Positions 49,191 through 63,155 are shown, numbered from the stretch's first letter. The stretch is DNA of 64,000 bases from Antechinus flavipes (GCF_016432865.1 NC_067399.1:550808001-550872000), one strand, 5' to 3'. The notes: a model not told the origin generated them from the sequence alone. Translations and numbers: made by a program.

Positions 49191-50800
49191 ATATATATAC
49201 ATTATGTTCTATAATTTATAATACAAATTGATCATGCATATAATTAATTTCATGCATTTAATTATTATTTATCCATTAGCCAGTATAGTAAAAGAAATGA
49301 CATCAGGGGGCACATTCACAGTTAGGATACATGACATAGATGATGGACACAGTAAAAAAGACTGAGAAGAAGTAATAGACAGATAAGAGGAGAATCAAGA
49401 GAGACCAGTCAGGAAAACCCTAAGAAGAAAAAAGTATCTAGGAGAATAGGGTAGTCAACAGTATCAGATCCTTCAGAGAGATCAAGAAGGATGAGGATGG
49501 CAGAAAATCTATCCCAGTTATCACTTTGGAGAGAGCAGTTTCAGTTCAGTAATGAAGTAAGGATTAATATGTGAGTTGGGGGAGAGGAAATAGAGGCAAG
49601 AATTACATATAGCTTTTTCTAGAAATTTGAGAAAAGAGATATAGGGAGATAATCTAAGGGGATGTTAATGTTAAATATGGATATCTATGGGATAGGAAAA
49701 TGGGGATGTTTGTAGAAGCAGGGAAGGAGTTAGTAAGATTTGTTGTTGTTGAAGACAGCTAGTTGGCATAGGGAGTAGAGAGAGCTAGGTTTGGAGTTAG
49801 GAAGAGTCTTCTTTCTGGGTTCAAATATGGTCTCAAGAACCTATTAGCTGTGGGATGCTGGATGAGTCATTTAACCCTGTTTGCCTCAGTTTCCTCATCT
49901 CTAAAATGAGCTGGAGAAAGAAATGGCAAAACACTTCAGTATTTTTGCCAAGAAAACTCTAAATGAGGTCAAAAAGTCTAACATGATTGAACCAGTAGAA
50001 AGGGAGAAATGAAAGATTGGAGAGGTAAGATTAGAAGGGCAATGTACTGAAAAAGGCTGGAGGAGATGAGGTCAAGTATATTTAGAAGAGTTGGTCACTG
50101 TAAGCACTTTTTCACCAAATCCCAGATTAAATGAGGAGAGAGAGTAGGGGATGATATCTAGAAACCAAGTAAGGGAAAAAAAAGGGAGCAAATGACTTCT
50201 GTTTCCTTAATAAAGTAGGAAGCAAGGTCTTTAGCCTTGCATATGTCTGGAGTAGGATTGTATGGGAAGTTTGAGGATAGAAGAGATGGTTTGGAACAGT
50301 CACTGTGGGGAAAAGGACAAAGAACCAATTAAGCAGAGATAAAAGTGTTGTTTTGCAGTAGTGAGGGCAGAATTGAGAGTCGATGATGTAATTTTATAAT
50401 GGACTCAGCTGGCATGGCTGCATGTCTTTCTCTAGTACCATTCAGCAGCAGAATAATCAAATAGTGAACGTGTGAAATTTGTCAATATATTTAGCAACCA
50501 TAAGATAGGGAGCAAGAGATTTGAGAATACCATCTTTTTGTGTCCTAAAGTCGCTTATGTTGTACTAGAAGGGAAACATGCATAGAAAAGAAAATACAAA
50601 ATGCATTTTTAAAAATGAATACAAAGGAATTTTGGAAAGAAAGTAGAACTAACAATTGGGGAGATCGGGAAAGGACTAATGCTAGACCTTGAGGAAAAGT
50701 ATATGTTCTTAGACATGGGAAAGAGGAGGAACAGCCTTCTGGAATCGAGAAAAGTTTGTGTGGATATAGGGGTACAGGTGAGGAGTGGTGGGGAAGTAGT
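48720..50800 (-). mobile_element. Long L2 LINE, interrupted by (TA)n (~49140-49200) and a MIR/Mar1 (49755-49995 +)
   Basis: aggctggaaagataagttgaggagagc..gagatcaagaaggatgaggat..ctttggagagagcagtttcagtt..ggactcagctggcatggctgc. Confidence 0.8.
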
Positions 50801-52029
50801 TCAGAAAAATTAACACAAAAATAAAATCCAAGAGTATAATCTTACTCACGTCTAAGAAACAGAAATGGAAGTCAAAAATAAGTAGTAGTAATAATAATTG
50901 TTTGAACTAAAAGAAATAAGGAAAATGATTTGGTTCTGACTAATTAGAAAAACTAATTTTTCTAAAGATAGGAATAGTTCACAAGACAGATTTGTTTCAG
51001 TGTGTTCTGTAGGAAAGAGAACATATTATATTTCTCTATTGACCTGAGAAATAAATTGTATGGCTTTTGACCTTGAAGAAGAATGTCTCTGTAAAGCAAA
51101 AGTTATCAACTGCTCTGCCAATAGTTTTTCTCCACTAAGTTCTGTATTGAGTGTACAAGAAGAATGTGCTGGTGAACCAAAACCACATAAAATAGTTTTA
51201 ATATACACTTTTTTTTTTTTACTACTTCTTTTACAAAGTGCTGTTTTGAATGGGAAAGTGGCTGATGGAGACAATTTCTACATATAGACAATAAAGAGGA
51301 TAAATAATATGAATACATCCATCCAATCTTTGCTCAAAAAAAAAAAATCTGAGTATTATAAAACTTTCCTTTATGCTTGGGTAAACTCTCCCTTACTTTA
51401 TGGAAGCAAAGGAGAATTTTGGTGAAAAGGAACAATCTGGTGAATCCAGAATAGTATAAAATTCCTTAAGGTTGAATTAACTACAAGAATTCAACAGAGA
51501 GATATGCATTTGTAGTAGCAAACATAAAGACTGTTCTATCAGAGCAAGCTTTCTCCATGAAGCTTATGCAAACCGAGCTCCCTGGAAAAGAAACAAAGGC
51601 ACCCAGTGTAGCACCATTATCAGTTCTTTGAATTCTCAGATCATCTGTGCATGCCTAAAATAACTTATGTAGATTTCATAAGAATTAACTCATTGATAGC
51701 ACATTTGCCTAAACTAATGAATCAATACAGGAAAAGAGAATGGAATAACTATAGGCCAAAATTTTCCCATCATAGTTTTCCAGATAAATATCTACTAAAA
51801 TTACTAATGAATTAAAAAAAAAAAATTCTACAGTTTCCATTGGTGCTTTGGCCCTAGTTTTTCTTTGCTATAAAAACTATGTAATCTTCAACAGTCATGA
51901 GAATATAACAGACATATCAATAGTCTGTTCAACTATAATTCATAAAAATTCTTGTTACTAATATAATGTTATAGTAAATTTCCATCATTTAATCATCTGA
52001 AAAACTGAATTTTATTGAAAAGAAAATTA

Positions 52030-52225
52030 TACAAATCTTTAAAAAAATTATTTTTATTTTCTCCAGTTACACGTAAAAACAATATTTTTTCTGGCAATAT
52101 ATTTACGTTCATATTCAAACATTTTCTTATGAATCATGTTGAGAGAAAAATCTGAACAAAGGGGAAAAATTATGAGAGAAAAAAACAGAAGTAAAAGAAA
52201 AAAAAGTGACTATAGCCTTGCATAT
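52030..52225 (-). mobile_element. L1 3' end fragments
   Basis: tttttattttctccagttacacgtaaaaacaat..gaatcatgttgagagaaaaatctgaacaaagg. Confidence 0.75.
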
Positions 52226-52839
52226 CTTAATAATAGGTAAAGTAAAGCAGAGGGAGTCAACGTAGAGATAAGAGATTCTTGAATTAAGGTCCTTCTACAT
52301 ACTAGCTATATGATCCTGGAGTAAGTCAAGTAGAGTCCTTTGTAAGTAATAAATTCCAGAAAAAAGTGCCAATTTTCTTTGGCAGAGGTAGTTTTTTTAT
52401 TGAGAATTTCAGAAACCAATGAAATCACTAGTATAGTTCTGTGAAAATTAGGCATAAAAATTATAATTGGCAATAAAAATCAAAATATGAAAAAACTGAA
52501 TTTAAATGATCCAAGAGGCATTTACCTAAATTACAAAATTACTTTTTGTCTTGTTCAAGTGATATTTATCAGAACTTCCCTAATTATTAAAAAGGGAAAG
52601 GAATAATTCTTAGCTAATCTGATCCAAAATAAACCTTTTGGTGATCTGGGAAAATAGAGAGTAATTCTTCAACTTTCAAGGAGTAGCATTAGTTAGTATT
52701 CATTTAAGTTAAATTAATTTACAAAACTGTGGTTGATTCCTCTTTGTTCAATTATTACTGTGAAGACTAATAATATCTTTCTTCAAGCTAAGAAAAATGA
52801 GAGATGCTTAACTTCTGCGGCTCTAATTCATTAGCCAGA

Positions 52840-53035
52840 GAAGCAGTTTTCAATGTGGTTCAGGGAGCCCCCCAGATCCCTGAGACTTTCAAAGGGTCTA
52901 TGAGATTAAAATCAGTTTAGTCAATGAAACCAAAACTATTTTCATAATGCTTTTATCCAAATATGACAAATGTTCTTTGAGAGGATTTTCAATCATTTTT
53001 TAATGTTCTGAAACCAAAATGTTTGAGAATCTCTG
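52840..53035. mobile_element. hAT-Charlie-type DNA transposon remnant
   Basis: Charlie1-like start cagttttcaatgtggttcagggag..ccctgagactttcaaagggtctatgag..aaaactattttcataat and end gtttgagaatctctg. Confidence 0.6.
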
Positions 53036-53261
53036 ACCTAGATTGTCTATAAAGTTTTTCAGTATTGCCAAACAAAATTTCTATCCTATTTCCTACAGCA
53101 CAGATGATAAGAAGTCAGAAATTGCCAAGTATAAGGAATTTTTTTTTTTGCTTGGGAAAAAAATATTTTTTAAAATTTTAGTAAAAAGAAATATGCAAAT
53201 ACAAATACTGGTGCCTTGCCCCTGCAAACTAATTTGTCTTTATAATGGGTTGATTTATAGA

Positions 53262-53515
53262 TGCTGGGCATCGAGGTGGTTCATTGAATAGCGTACTGGG
53301 CCTAGGGTCAGTAATACTAATCTTCCTAAGTTCAAATGTGGCCTCAGATATTTATTATTAGCTGTGTGTCTCAGAGTAAGTCATTTAACTTGATTTGCCC
53401 TAATTTCCTCATCTGTAAAATAAGCTGGAGAAGGAAATGGCAAACTACTGCCGTATCACTGCCAAGAAAACCCCAAATGGAGTCATTTGGATTGGAATGA
53501 CTGAACAACTAATAG
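53262..53515 (+). mobile_element. Marsupial MIR/Mar1-type SINE
   Basis: gttcaaatgtggcctcagat..ctcatctgtaaaataagctggagaaggaaatggcaaactact..gccaagaaaaccccaaatgg. Confidence 0.9.
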
Positions 53516-54429
53516 ATGCTAATTCAGCATGTTGTTAATGTGTTTATGCATTGATGTATTTTTCTAAAGTTGCCTAAAATATGTTTTCATACAAAACTTT
53601 TTTCTAAATATATCTACATATTTTGTTTATCTGGAAACTGAAATATTTTAAGATGAAGTAATGAAAGTGAATTTCTATTTCAATTCATTTAGAATTCGTG
53701 ATATTTTAGGCTTTAATTGAACTGAAATTTATCTTTGCACTATGAATAAAGGTCTCACTGAACAAAGTGGGCAAGATTGAACGAAAAATAATTTGCCTAC
53801 TAAAAAAGAGTCATGATTCTTAAGTATTTCAGAAACATTGCTTATAGGGAGGAAAATTATATGCTTTTAGTTTATAATCCAAAGTTCTGTTTTTATCCTC
53901 TAGTTTCTCAGGCTCAGATGCTAATCTTTCCTCAGTCTTTTACTATAAAAACAAAATTGTTTTATGTTTTGAAGTAGTGTAAGACTGAGTGTTTATAAGG
54001 GGAGCAAATGGCCAAATATCGAAGTTCTCAGGTCCCAGTAGTGAGCCAAATAAGTGAGAGGTCTCCAACATGCACCAAGGTTCTGTCAATAAAGGACTCT
54101 GAATCAAGGCTTGTTTATGCTACTGCCAGCTTCTGCAAATTCACATGGTGTCAGCACTCTTGAGAGACTTCTTGGGGTAGAAGGCTTCTAGGAGCCAAAC
54201 TGCTCCCACTTGTCTCTGTTGGGTATACATTTCTTCTTCCTTTTCTTATAAAGTATGGCTAAAAGTCATGGGAATTCATCACTCCAAGGCATGTCTAACA
54301 GCAATAATTTTCTATAATTGTGAAAATGTCTGTGCAACATATTAAATTAGGTGTACACTCTGAGAAGGAGATCTTGGAAAGTGATTCCCATCTAAAATTA
54401 TAACAGAAAACATCAATTTCATAGAAGTT

Positions 54430-54680
54430 ACTTTTGTTATAGTTTGTTCAGGCATGTCCAACTCTTTATGATCCTATGGACACAGCATACTGTTTGTGGG
54501 GTTTTCTTAGCAAAGATACTAAAGTATTTTGCCATTTCCTTTTCCAGTAAATTATGGCAAATCAAAGTTAAGTGATTTGCCAAGGGTCACTTAGCAACTA
54601 AGTATCTGAGGTTAAATTTGAACTTAGGCCTTCTTACCTCCATGCCCAGCACTCTCTCACTAAGCCACCTAAGCTTCCTG
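54430..54680 (-). mobile_element. Marsupial MIR/Mar1-type SINE
   Basis: ttcaggcatgtccaactctttatgatcc..gggttttcttagcaaagatact..gtatctgaggttaaatttgaacttagg. Confidence 0.9.
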
Positions 54681-55059
54681 ACAGAAGTTAGTTACAGATT
54701 TCTATTAATTCTCAATTTTGCTAGAATATTGTGAATGAATGATCCTGACTTTGGAGAGGAATATGAGATTTCTTTTAGGTCAAAGTTTGTTTGTCTTATT
54801 ACCTTCAGTCCCACATTGGTTAGTGATTGGCTAGATTCATTAAGCAAAATTGTGAAATAAGGAAAGTTTATCATTGGTTTGGTTGTATCTACCCCCTTTC
54901 TACTCCTCTATCCCATCTCTGCAGCCTCCCACCCCTGTTTTCTAGAAACGGAAGACCCATAAACCACTGGAATAGCTTGAACAGGTTCAGGTGAATTGCT
55001 AAATTTTCAATGTGAGCATTTACACCTTAGAAATTGGCATTCAAGACTTTCAAGACTGC

Positions 55060-55280
55060 TATACTTAGTAGTACTGCTAACCACAGGATCCTTCCTTCTA
55101 AGACTATCTTCCTTCTCTTTGGTATGTATCTCATATGTAGTTATTTAATGTATACCAGTTTTTTTTTTCCTCTTAGCATGTAAGCTCTTTGAAGAAAGGG
55201 TCTGTTCTTCTGTTTTTGTCTTTATATTCCTAGAGCTTAGCACAAAACTTGTCACATGTTAAGCATTTGATATTTAGATT
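55060..55280 (+). mobile_element. L2 3' tail
   Basis: cttagcatgtaagctctttgaagaaaggg..tattcctagagcttagcaca. Confidence 0.75.
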
Positions 55281-55448
55281 GATTTTTAGAGTTTCATGCA
55301 GTATTCCTGTGCTTGTTTATTCTCTTAATTGTTTGTATAGTTGTGGTAGAGTGTGGCCTAGGTTTATCAGAGAAGGAGGGAGGTTTTCTTACTATGCTAT
55401 TTCATTAAATGACTCTTCTTTGAACTAATTGTTTCTTCTTTTTCCTAG

Positions 55449-55551
55449 AAAAAAGAAAACACATCAGTGGGGTTCATGAGCTATAATTCTGAGTGGATGC
55501 AGAATAACAGAGTGCCTTGAACTTGGAGTAGCTACTCCAGGGATCTCCCAT
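55449..55551 (+). other. Candidate non-coding exon, 103 bp
   Basis: Branch-like ACTAAT, tract tgtttcttctttttcctAG, donor CAT|GTAAGA. Stops in all three frames. Confidence 0.25.
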
Positions 55552-55689
55552 GTAAGAGGGTGAATCAGGTGCTACATTGTCATTTGTTTGTTTATCTTTA
55601 TAGTAATTACTGACTGCTGTTAATTCACTCTTCAGATTATTTCTACCACCTGCCTTCTCTTCTCCACTTATGTGCTAAAACCCAAGTTT

Positions 55690-56990
55690 GGAGCCCTGAA
55701 ATATTTTAGTTTGTATCGCAGTGGTGGGAATTAATTCTAGTCATGGGGTTCAGCTTGTATGAACATAGAGACATAGGAAAGCACTGGGGTATAGCTGGTG
55801 CAGTAATTTGGCAAGAATTAGAGTGTATAAAGGGAAGTAATGTGAAATAATCCTGGAAAGATAAAACTGGAGCCAACAAATCTGGGGCTTTAAATGCCAA
55901 GCTGATGAGTTTGTAATTTATTTTAGAGACAAAAGGGAACCACGAATACAAGCAGGCTTCTTCAGGAAGATTATTTTGGCAGCTATGGAAAAGATGAATT
56001 GGAGAACTGGAGAGGCTAGAAATTGGAATTCCAAATAGGAAGGCATTGCTTCCTAATGGACTAGGAAAGAAATGATGAGAGCTGAACTACAGTGGTGACT
56101 GGGAGAGTGGAAAGAAGGAATAAGTATGAGACATTTTATGAAGGTAGTTGACAAATCTTCATAATGGAATGTTATGAATAAGGTGAGAAGAAGGAAAAGT
56201 CAATAATGACTCCAAGGTTATAAATCTGAATGAATATCAAGATACTCATGTTTTCATTAACTAGAAAAAGATAAGTTTAGGGGGAAATTTATGAGGTTTA
56301 ATTTGAATATACATAGAAGAATGTCTGTGGGACATACAGTGAGAGATTTGTTTAAAAAGTAGGTATTGATATGGAACTGGAACTCAACAGAGACACTTTG
56401 GATATATACATAGATCTAAGAGTCAACTGCATTGAGAGGTTAATTTAATTCTGAAGCAGTTAATCAATATAGCATCAGCTCTAGAGAAGCACCTGAGTTC
56501 AAATCTGTCTTCAGACACTTACTATGTAATCCCTAAAAGAGGTATAAAGAAGGAATAAAGACAAGGGGGCCCAAGATGGAATCCCGGAGGACACCCATGA
56601 TTAAGGATGATAATTCAGCAAAGGAGTCTGGCATGGAGTGGTAAGATAGGGAAAGAACCAAGAGACAGGAGTGTCATAAAAAAGCATGGAGGAGAAAATA
56701 TTCCGAAAGAGAGGGTAGTCAACAGTATGAAATGTTGTAGAAGAGTCAAAAAACGTGAAGAATGACAAAGGATCATTGGATTTAGCACTGAAAATAGATG
56801 GTAATTATGGAGAGAGAAATTTTAGTTGATTGGTTGGTGATGTAAAAAAGAACAGAGAGGAAAATAAAAGGAGAAAAAGCACATGCTATATCAAATAGGT
56901 CTAGAATAATAGAGAGCAACAGGTTGAATCTAGAAAGACAATCAGAAGACCATAATTTATAGGAAACATATCTACATATCCATACACACA
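55690..56990 (-). mobile_element. Long L2 LINE with a small SINE fragment (~56465-56535)
   Basis: ggaagattattttggcagctatgg..aaagtcaataatgactccaaggtt..gatctaagagtcaactgcattgag..atggtaattatggagagagaaattttagttga. Confidence 0.8.
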
Positions 56991-57081
56991 TAAGTGTATG
57001 AGTATGTGTTTATGTTTACATACATATACATGGAAGAATATAAGTTTACATGAACACATATGTACAAACACACATATAAAT

Positions 57082-57155
57082 ATAATGCCCTAAAAGTCTT
57101 AGGACAAGTTTTAGTAGCTTAAAATTTCCCTAAGGCTTTTTGAAATGTGTTACAT
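57082..57155. mobile_element. Small palindromic mariner-type MITE
   Basis: Imperfect hairpin taaaagtcttagg..cctaaggcttttt in TA-rich flanks, resembling the ~80-bp marsupial mariner MITE. Confidence 0.55.
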
Positions 57156-57399
57156 ATAACACATATACACATAGATTATGGGTAACATAAATAGGGTAAA
57201 ATAGCAATCTTAAAATACAAAGAGGTAAATATGACCTAAGTGGGTATTATTGAGACTTGAGACTTAGTAAAATAGAATCTGTGAGTAGACCATGGGGTAC
57301 AGCTTATTCAAAAGGAACAGAATATAGAAAAGAGAATCTGGAGTAACATTGTATTTTAGATTTAAGTGTATATATGCACACACACACATATATACATTT

Positions 57400-57437
<38 letters not shown>

Positions 57438-57439
57438 AT

Positions 57440-58021
57440 ACATGAAGAACTCTAAGATTACAACAGGGAAAGCATAGTACAGAGTATTTGAGGATTGGTG
57501 AAGGGAGAAAAAGAAGCACTATGTTATGTAGTTTTGCTAAAGTCAAAATCAGGAATTATTGAAGATAGTTGGGAAATAGCATAGATCTGGAATTGCAGTA
57601 AGAGGTGTGTGTGTGTGTGTGTGTATAAAAAAATAGTGTACTTACATTAATCAGATCTCTTGGAACTCTTTATCTTCTAAAAGCAGAGAAGCTTGTAAAT
57701 TTATGACTTGTTTAAAGGTAATTTCATCCTTTAAAATGATGGAGGAAATGACTAGAAGAACTGCTATCCTGGATCAGATGCTTACCAACAACAAAAAAAA
57801 AAAAACTTCTGGCTAGGGTAGAACCTTGTAAGTTGGTACAAATGAATCCTTCATCCCAGAATTCTTGATAGAAAAGAGTAAGGCCATGCATAGTCTGACA
57901 TGCACTGAAACTTTTGGGAGGACAGATTTCAAAAGGGCTCAGAGAAAATATTTAGAGGATCCAGTGTCAGAGGAAGTTAGCCCAAAAGAGATGTAACTTT
58001 CTCAAATAAAATTCTGAAGAC

Positions 58022-58057
<36 letters not shown>

Positions 58058-58500
58058 AGAAGAAATTATTCCAATGAAGAACAAAAGAAATATGCTCTAA
58101 AGAGACCAATATAGTTGAACAGAGAACTTTATAGGTCAATTCCGATTTTTAAAAGAAGAAAACGGGAACAAGAAACTGGGAATCAATACAAAATAGCAGC
58201 ATTGTTTTGTAAGAATGATGTAAGGGGGTACCATTGCCCAGAGTGAGCTAAGGCTGGTAATGAATGCTAAGGACAACAAAAAGATTACTTTTTTTTAAAA
58301 GCTATGTTGGATGCTACAAAGGGATCATCAAAGGAAAAGAACCTCAACTTAAAGTATATAATATGGTAATAGAAAATACTGAAGAAGCTCAGTTACTTAG
58401 CATTTATTTCATTTCTTTTTTTCTCTTTCATGAAGAATGATTTTTGGAATGAGAAAGATAGGGGGAAAAGTTTTTATACAGAGTAGAAACCCAAGATAAG
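57440..58500 (+). mobile_element. CR1/L3 ORF2 endonuclease and linker fragment
   Basis: Degraded FMTCL..NF..EEMTRRTAILD.MLTN and ADFKGLRE motifs, interrupted by (GT)n and poly(A). Confidence 0.75.
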
Positions 58501-58529
58501 TATGGAGATGATAAAATAGCAATTATATA

Positions 58530-60110
58530 CATCCTCAATCAACTCAAATATAATAGCTAAAACAAATGATAAGAATACAAGTCATTCCCCGATTGATAAA
58601 GGGTCAAAGGATATGTACAGACAATTTTCAGATGAAGAAATCAAAACTATCTATAGTAGATTAAAAATGCCCTAAATTACTATTGATTAAATACAACTTA
58701 GAACAAATATGAGGTACTACCTCATACCCATTAGATTGGCTAATATGACAGAAAAAGGATAATGATACATGTTGGAGGGGATGTGGAAAAATTGGAACAC
58801 TAATGCCTTCTTGGTGGAGTTGTGAACTGATCCACACTCTGGAGACCAATTTGGAATTATGTCCAATGGGCTTATAAGGTGCATCCAGTAGTACCACTAT
58901 TAGGTCTAAGTCCCAAAGAGATCATAAAAAAGAGGAAAGGATCCACAAGTACAAAAAGGTTTATAGCAGGCTTTACTGTGGAAACAAGAGGTTGAATATT
59001 GAAGGAATGCCTATCAATTGGGGAATGGCTGAACTGTGAAATTGTGGAATATGAATGTAATAGAATATTAGTGTTCTATAAGAAATAATGAGCAGCTTTT
59101 AGGGTAGTAAAGAATTGGAAAATGAATAGATGTCCATCAACTGGGAAATGACTGAATATATTATGGTAAATGAAAGTAATAGACTATTATTGTTCTATAA
59201 AAAAAAATGAGGAACAGGCTGATTTTAGAAAGGCCTGAAAGGTTTACATGAATTGATGCTGAGTGAAACAAACACAACTAGGACAACATTGTACTTAACA
59301 AAAGCAAGATTGTGTGATGATCAATTATGACAGACTTGGTACTTCTCGGGGTTCAGTGATCCAAGGCAATCCCAATAAACATTGGATGGAAAATGCCATC
59401 TGCATTCAAAGAGAGAGAGAGAACTATGGAGACTGAATGAATGTAACTCAACACATGCTATGTTCATTTTTTTCTTCTTTTTTTTTCCTCTCATGATTTT
59501 TCCCTTTTGTTTTGATTTTTCTTTTCCAAAATAATTTATATGGAAATATGTTTGTTTTTTTTTAAAAAAAGATGAGCAGGCAGATTTCAGAAAAACCTAA
59601 AAGGACATATGCAAATTAACACTAATTAAAGTGAGTAGAACTAGGAGAATGCTGTGCACAGTAACAGCAATATTGTATGATAATCAACTTTGATAGACTT
59701 AGCTCAGCAATACAATAATCTAAGAAAATTCCAAAAGACTCATGATGGAAGATGCTATCCACATTCAGAAAAAGAACTATGGAGTTTGAATGCAGATTGA
59801 AGCATACTATTTTCACTTTTTTTTCTTGCATTTTTTTCTTTTATTCTGATTCTGCTTTCACAGTATCACTGTGGAAATAGGTTTAATATGATTGTACATA
59901 TATAACTTGTATCAGATTACTTACTGTCTTGGGGAGGGAGGACACAAAGGAGAGAGGGAGAAAATAATTAAAGCTCAAAATCTTATAAAAGTGAATATTG
60001 AAAACTATCTTTACATGTAATTGGAAAAACAAATACCACTGAATTTTTGAAAAAAGAAAACTATCTTTATATATAATTGGAAAAATACTATTAAGTGGAA
60101 AATAAAATGA
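58530..60110 (+). mobile_element. L1 ORF2 end and 3' UTR with a second L1 3' end nested at 59096-59570
   Basis: gggtcaaaggatatgtacagacaattttcagatgaagaaatc..; the nested copy is flanked by aaataatgagcag / aaaagatgagcag. Confidence 0.85.
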
Positions 60111-60324
60111 AGCATTTAAAAAAATTATATTCTAGGATACTGATAAAAATTGTGGCCATGACATGGCACCCAAAAAGTTACTTCTATTTTAGACTGCCTG
60201 AAAAGAAGTATACATTCAGAACAAGGGACCTAACTCTTTCAAAATAATCAACCCTACTCTGACATGTGGAATACTCTGTTCAATCACAGATTTCATATAT
60301 TAGGAAAGACATAACCTGAAGCAT

Positions 60325-60750
60325 GCCCAGAAACAGGGATAAGGATGCTGAAGAGACTGGACAACTTGTCACATGAGGATTGTTTGAGGGAACTGGGGAT
60401 GGTTAGATTAAATAAAATAAGATTTCTTTGGGAAAAGGGATACCAGATGTGAAGCATTTGAAATCACTGTCATGAAGAAGAGACATTAGGTAAGTTTTAT
60501 ATGTCTCTAGAGAGGCAGAATTAGTAACCCCCATGTATAAACATTCCAGAGAAGTAAGCTAAAGTTTGATGTAAGGGAAAATTTCCTAACAATTAGAAGG
60601 TAGATTGGGATGTCTCAGAAAGTAGTAGTTCTTGCTCAGTGCAATCCTTCAAGCAGATGGTACATGACCACCTGTTAGGAATGCTGTAGAAGGAAAGTAT
60701 ATGTTAAACTAGATGGCTCATAGCATCCCTTCCAGTTCTGATATCTTGTG
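60325..60750 (+). mobile_element. CR1/L3 3' end
   Basis: gatgtaagggaaaatttcctaacaattaga..ccttcaagcagatgg..ctagatgg..cccttccagttctg. Confidence 0.8.
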
Positions 60751-60759
60751 TACGAACAG

Positions 60760-62830
60760 TAGAAGCAATGTGCTTTTCAAGGCCTAAGGAGAGAAAAACC
60801 ACATTCAAATAAGTTTTGGAATCAAGTAGAACTTCAAGGAAGAGGAGTATTTCAGCTGAATCTTTAAGGATGAAGAGGCAAGGATGAAAAAGGAACACCA
60901 GACAAGGTTAGGATATTATAAGAATGGTGGGATCAAAATCATGGATGCTGGAAAATTTGAGATATGCCAAAGGATGACAAATAGTACAGTTACTTGGAGT
61001 ACAGAATATAATTTGTGTAAGTATCAAACCTAAAATTATATTATAAAGCAGCAGTCATCAAAACCATTTGGTACTGGCTAAGAAATTGGTGGATCAGTGC
61101 TATGAATAGATTAGATACATATGAAACAATTAAGTAAGGCCTATAGCAATCTAGTATTTGGTAAACCCCCAAACTCCAGCTCTTGGAATAAGAACTCACT
61201 ATTTGACAAAAATTGCTGGAAAAACTGGAAAATAATATGTCAGAAACTTAGCCACGACCTAAATCTCATACCTCATACCAAAATAAGGTCAAAATGGATA
61301 CATGATCTGAGCATAAAGGATGATACCATAAACAAACTAGAGACAAGGGATAATTTACTTTTCAATTTTTTGGAGAAGGGAGGATTTTATAACCAAAGAA
61401 GAAGTCATTATGAAAAAGCATTATGAAAGGCAAAATAGACAACTTTAATTATGTTAAATTAAAAAGTTTTTGCACAAACAAAATCAACACAAACAAGATT
61501 AAAAGGGAAGTACAAAGCTGGGGGAAAATAACTTTACAGCCAGTATTTCTGATAAAAGTTTCATTTCTAAAATATATAAAGAACTGTGTCAAATTTATAA
61601 AAATACACATCATTTCTCAACTATAAATGGTTAAAGGATATGAACAGAGAATTTTCAGATGATGAAATTAAAGCCATTTATAGTTATATGAAAAAATGCT
61701 CTAAATCACTATTGATTAGAGAAATTCAAATTAAAACAACTCTGAGATACCATCTCACACCTCTCAGATTAGCTAAGAAGACAGGAAAGAAGAATGATAA
61801 ATGTTGGAGGGGATGTGGAAAAATTGGGACACTAATATATTGTTGATAGAGTTGTGAAACGATCCAACAATTCTGGAGAGCAATCTGGAATTATGCCCAC
61901 AGGGCTATAAAACTATGCATACCCTTTGACTCAGCAGTGGCACTATTAGGTCTGTATCCCAAGGAAATCATAAAGAAGGGAAAAGGACCCACATGTACAA
62001 AAATGTTTGTAGCAAGCAGCTCTTTTTGTGGTAGCAAAGAATTGGAAAAGGAGTGGATGCCCATCAATTGGGCAATGGCTGAACAAGTTGTGGTACATGA
62101 AGATAATGGAATATTACTGTTCTATAAAAATTGATGAACAAGCTGATTATAGAAAGTCCTGGAAAGATTTACATGAACTGAGTGAAACAAGCAGAACCAG
62201 GAATACGTTGTACACAATAACAGCAAGAATGTGAGATGATCAACTATGAAAGGCTTGGTTCTTCTCAATAGGTCAGTGATCCAAAGCAATCCCAATAGAC
62301 TTTGGGCAGAAAATGCCATCTGCAACCACAGAAAAAACTAAAGAGACTGAATATAAATCAACACATGCTATGTTCACTTCTTTTGTCTTTTTTTTTTTTT
62401 TAATCTCTCCCATGGTTTTTCTCATTTGCTCTGATTTTTTTCTCCCAACATAATTCATAAAACAATGTGTATTAAAAATAAACTAAAAAAACATAATGAT
62501 TGTAATATCAAATAAAGTAGGAAAAGTAGTGTGAAGCTAGACTGTGGATGACTTTGGATGTCAGACTAAAGGGAAGGAAATTTAATTTGGTACGCATATA
62601 AAGTAGAGAATTATTGAAAGGATTTTTTTTCCAAAATAGAGGTATAATATAATCAAATCTATACATGAAGAAGATCAATATGACAGAAGCGAGAGACAGA
62701 AGAGACAGACAGAAATGAGAGAGAGTGGTGAGGGCTGGGAAGAAATAATAGAATGAGGGAGTTACTGCATCTGTTCAGGTGGGTGGTAGTAGATCCCATA
62801 CAAATGGTGGCAACAGGAATAGAGAGGATG
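60760..62830 (-). mobile_element. L2 fragment split by an L1 (60760-61027 and 62490-62830)
   Basis: cagctgaatctttaagg..; gaagctagactgtggatgactttggatgtcagactaaag. Confidence 0.65.
61028..62490 (+). mobile_element. L1 ORF2 3' third plus 3' UTR, frameshifted
   Basis: ORF pieces SLFDKNCWKNWKIICQKL..PHTKIRSKWI, IDNFNYVKLKSFCT, KKCSKSLLIREIQIKTTLRYHLTPLRLA..CWRGCG; diverged TSD. Confidence 0.9.
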
Positions 62831-63155
62831 ATACAGTTACAGAAATATTAAATTAAAAAAATCAACTTGGCATCTGTTTGTAATACTAGAAACCACTGGA
62901 GAAAACTTTATATCTAACAAAATAATTTGAACTTTCATTGACTGCCCTCAAATTAAATTGCTGTTTGATACTTTGAAACAACAGCAGACACTGGATATAA
63001 AATTATGACTAAGAGTTGTCATAATGTCACAAATCTGGAAATAAGCAAACAAAACACCTATTTTCTATATCCATTCACCTTTCTTTTTTAACATCAAAGA
63101 ATGGGCATATTTTTAAACACTAAAATAGAAGTAGTGATTATATTAATAAACTCAC

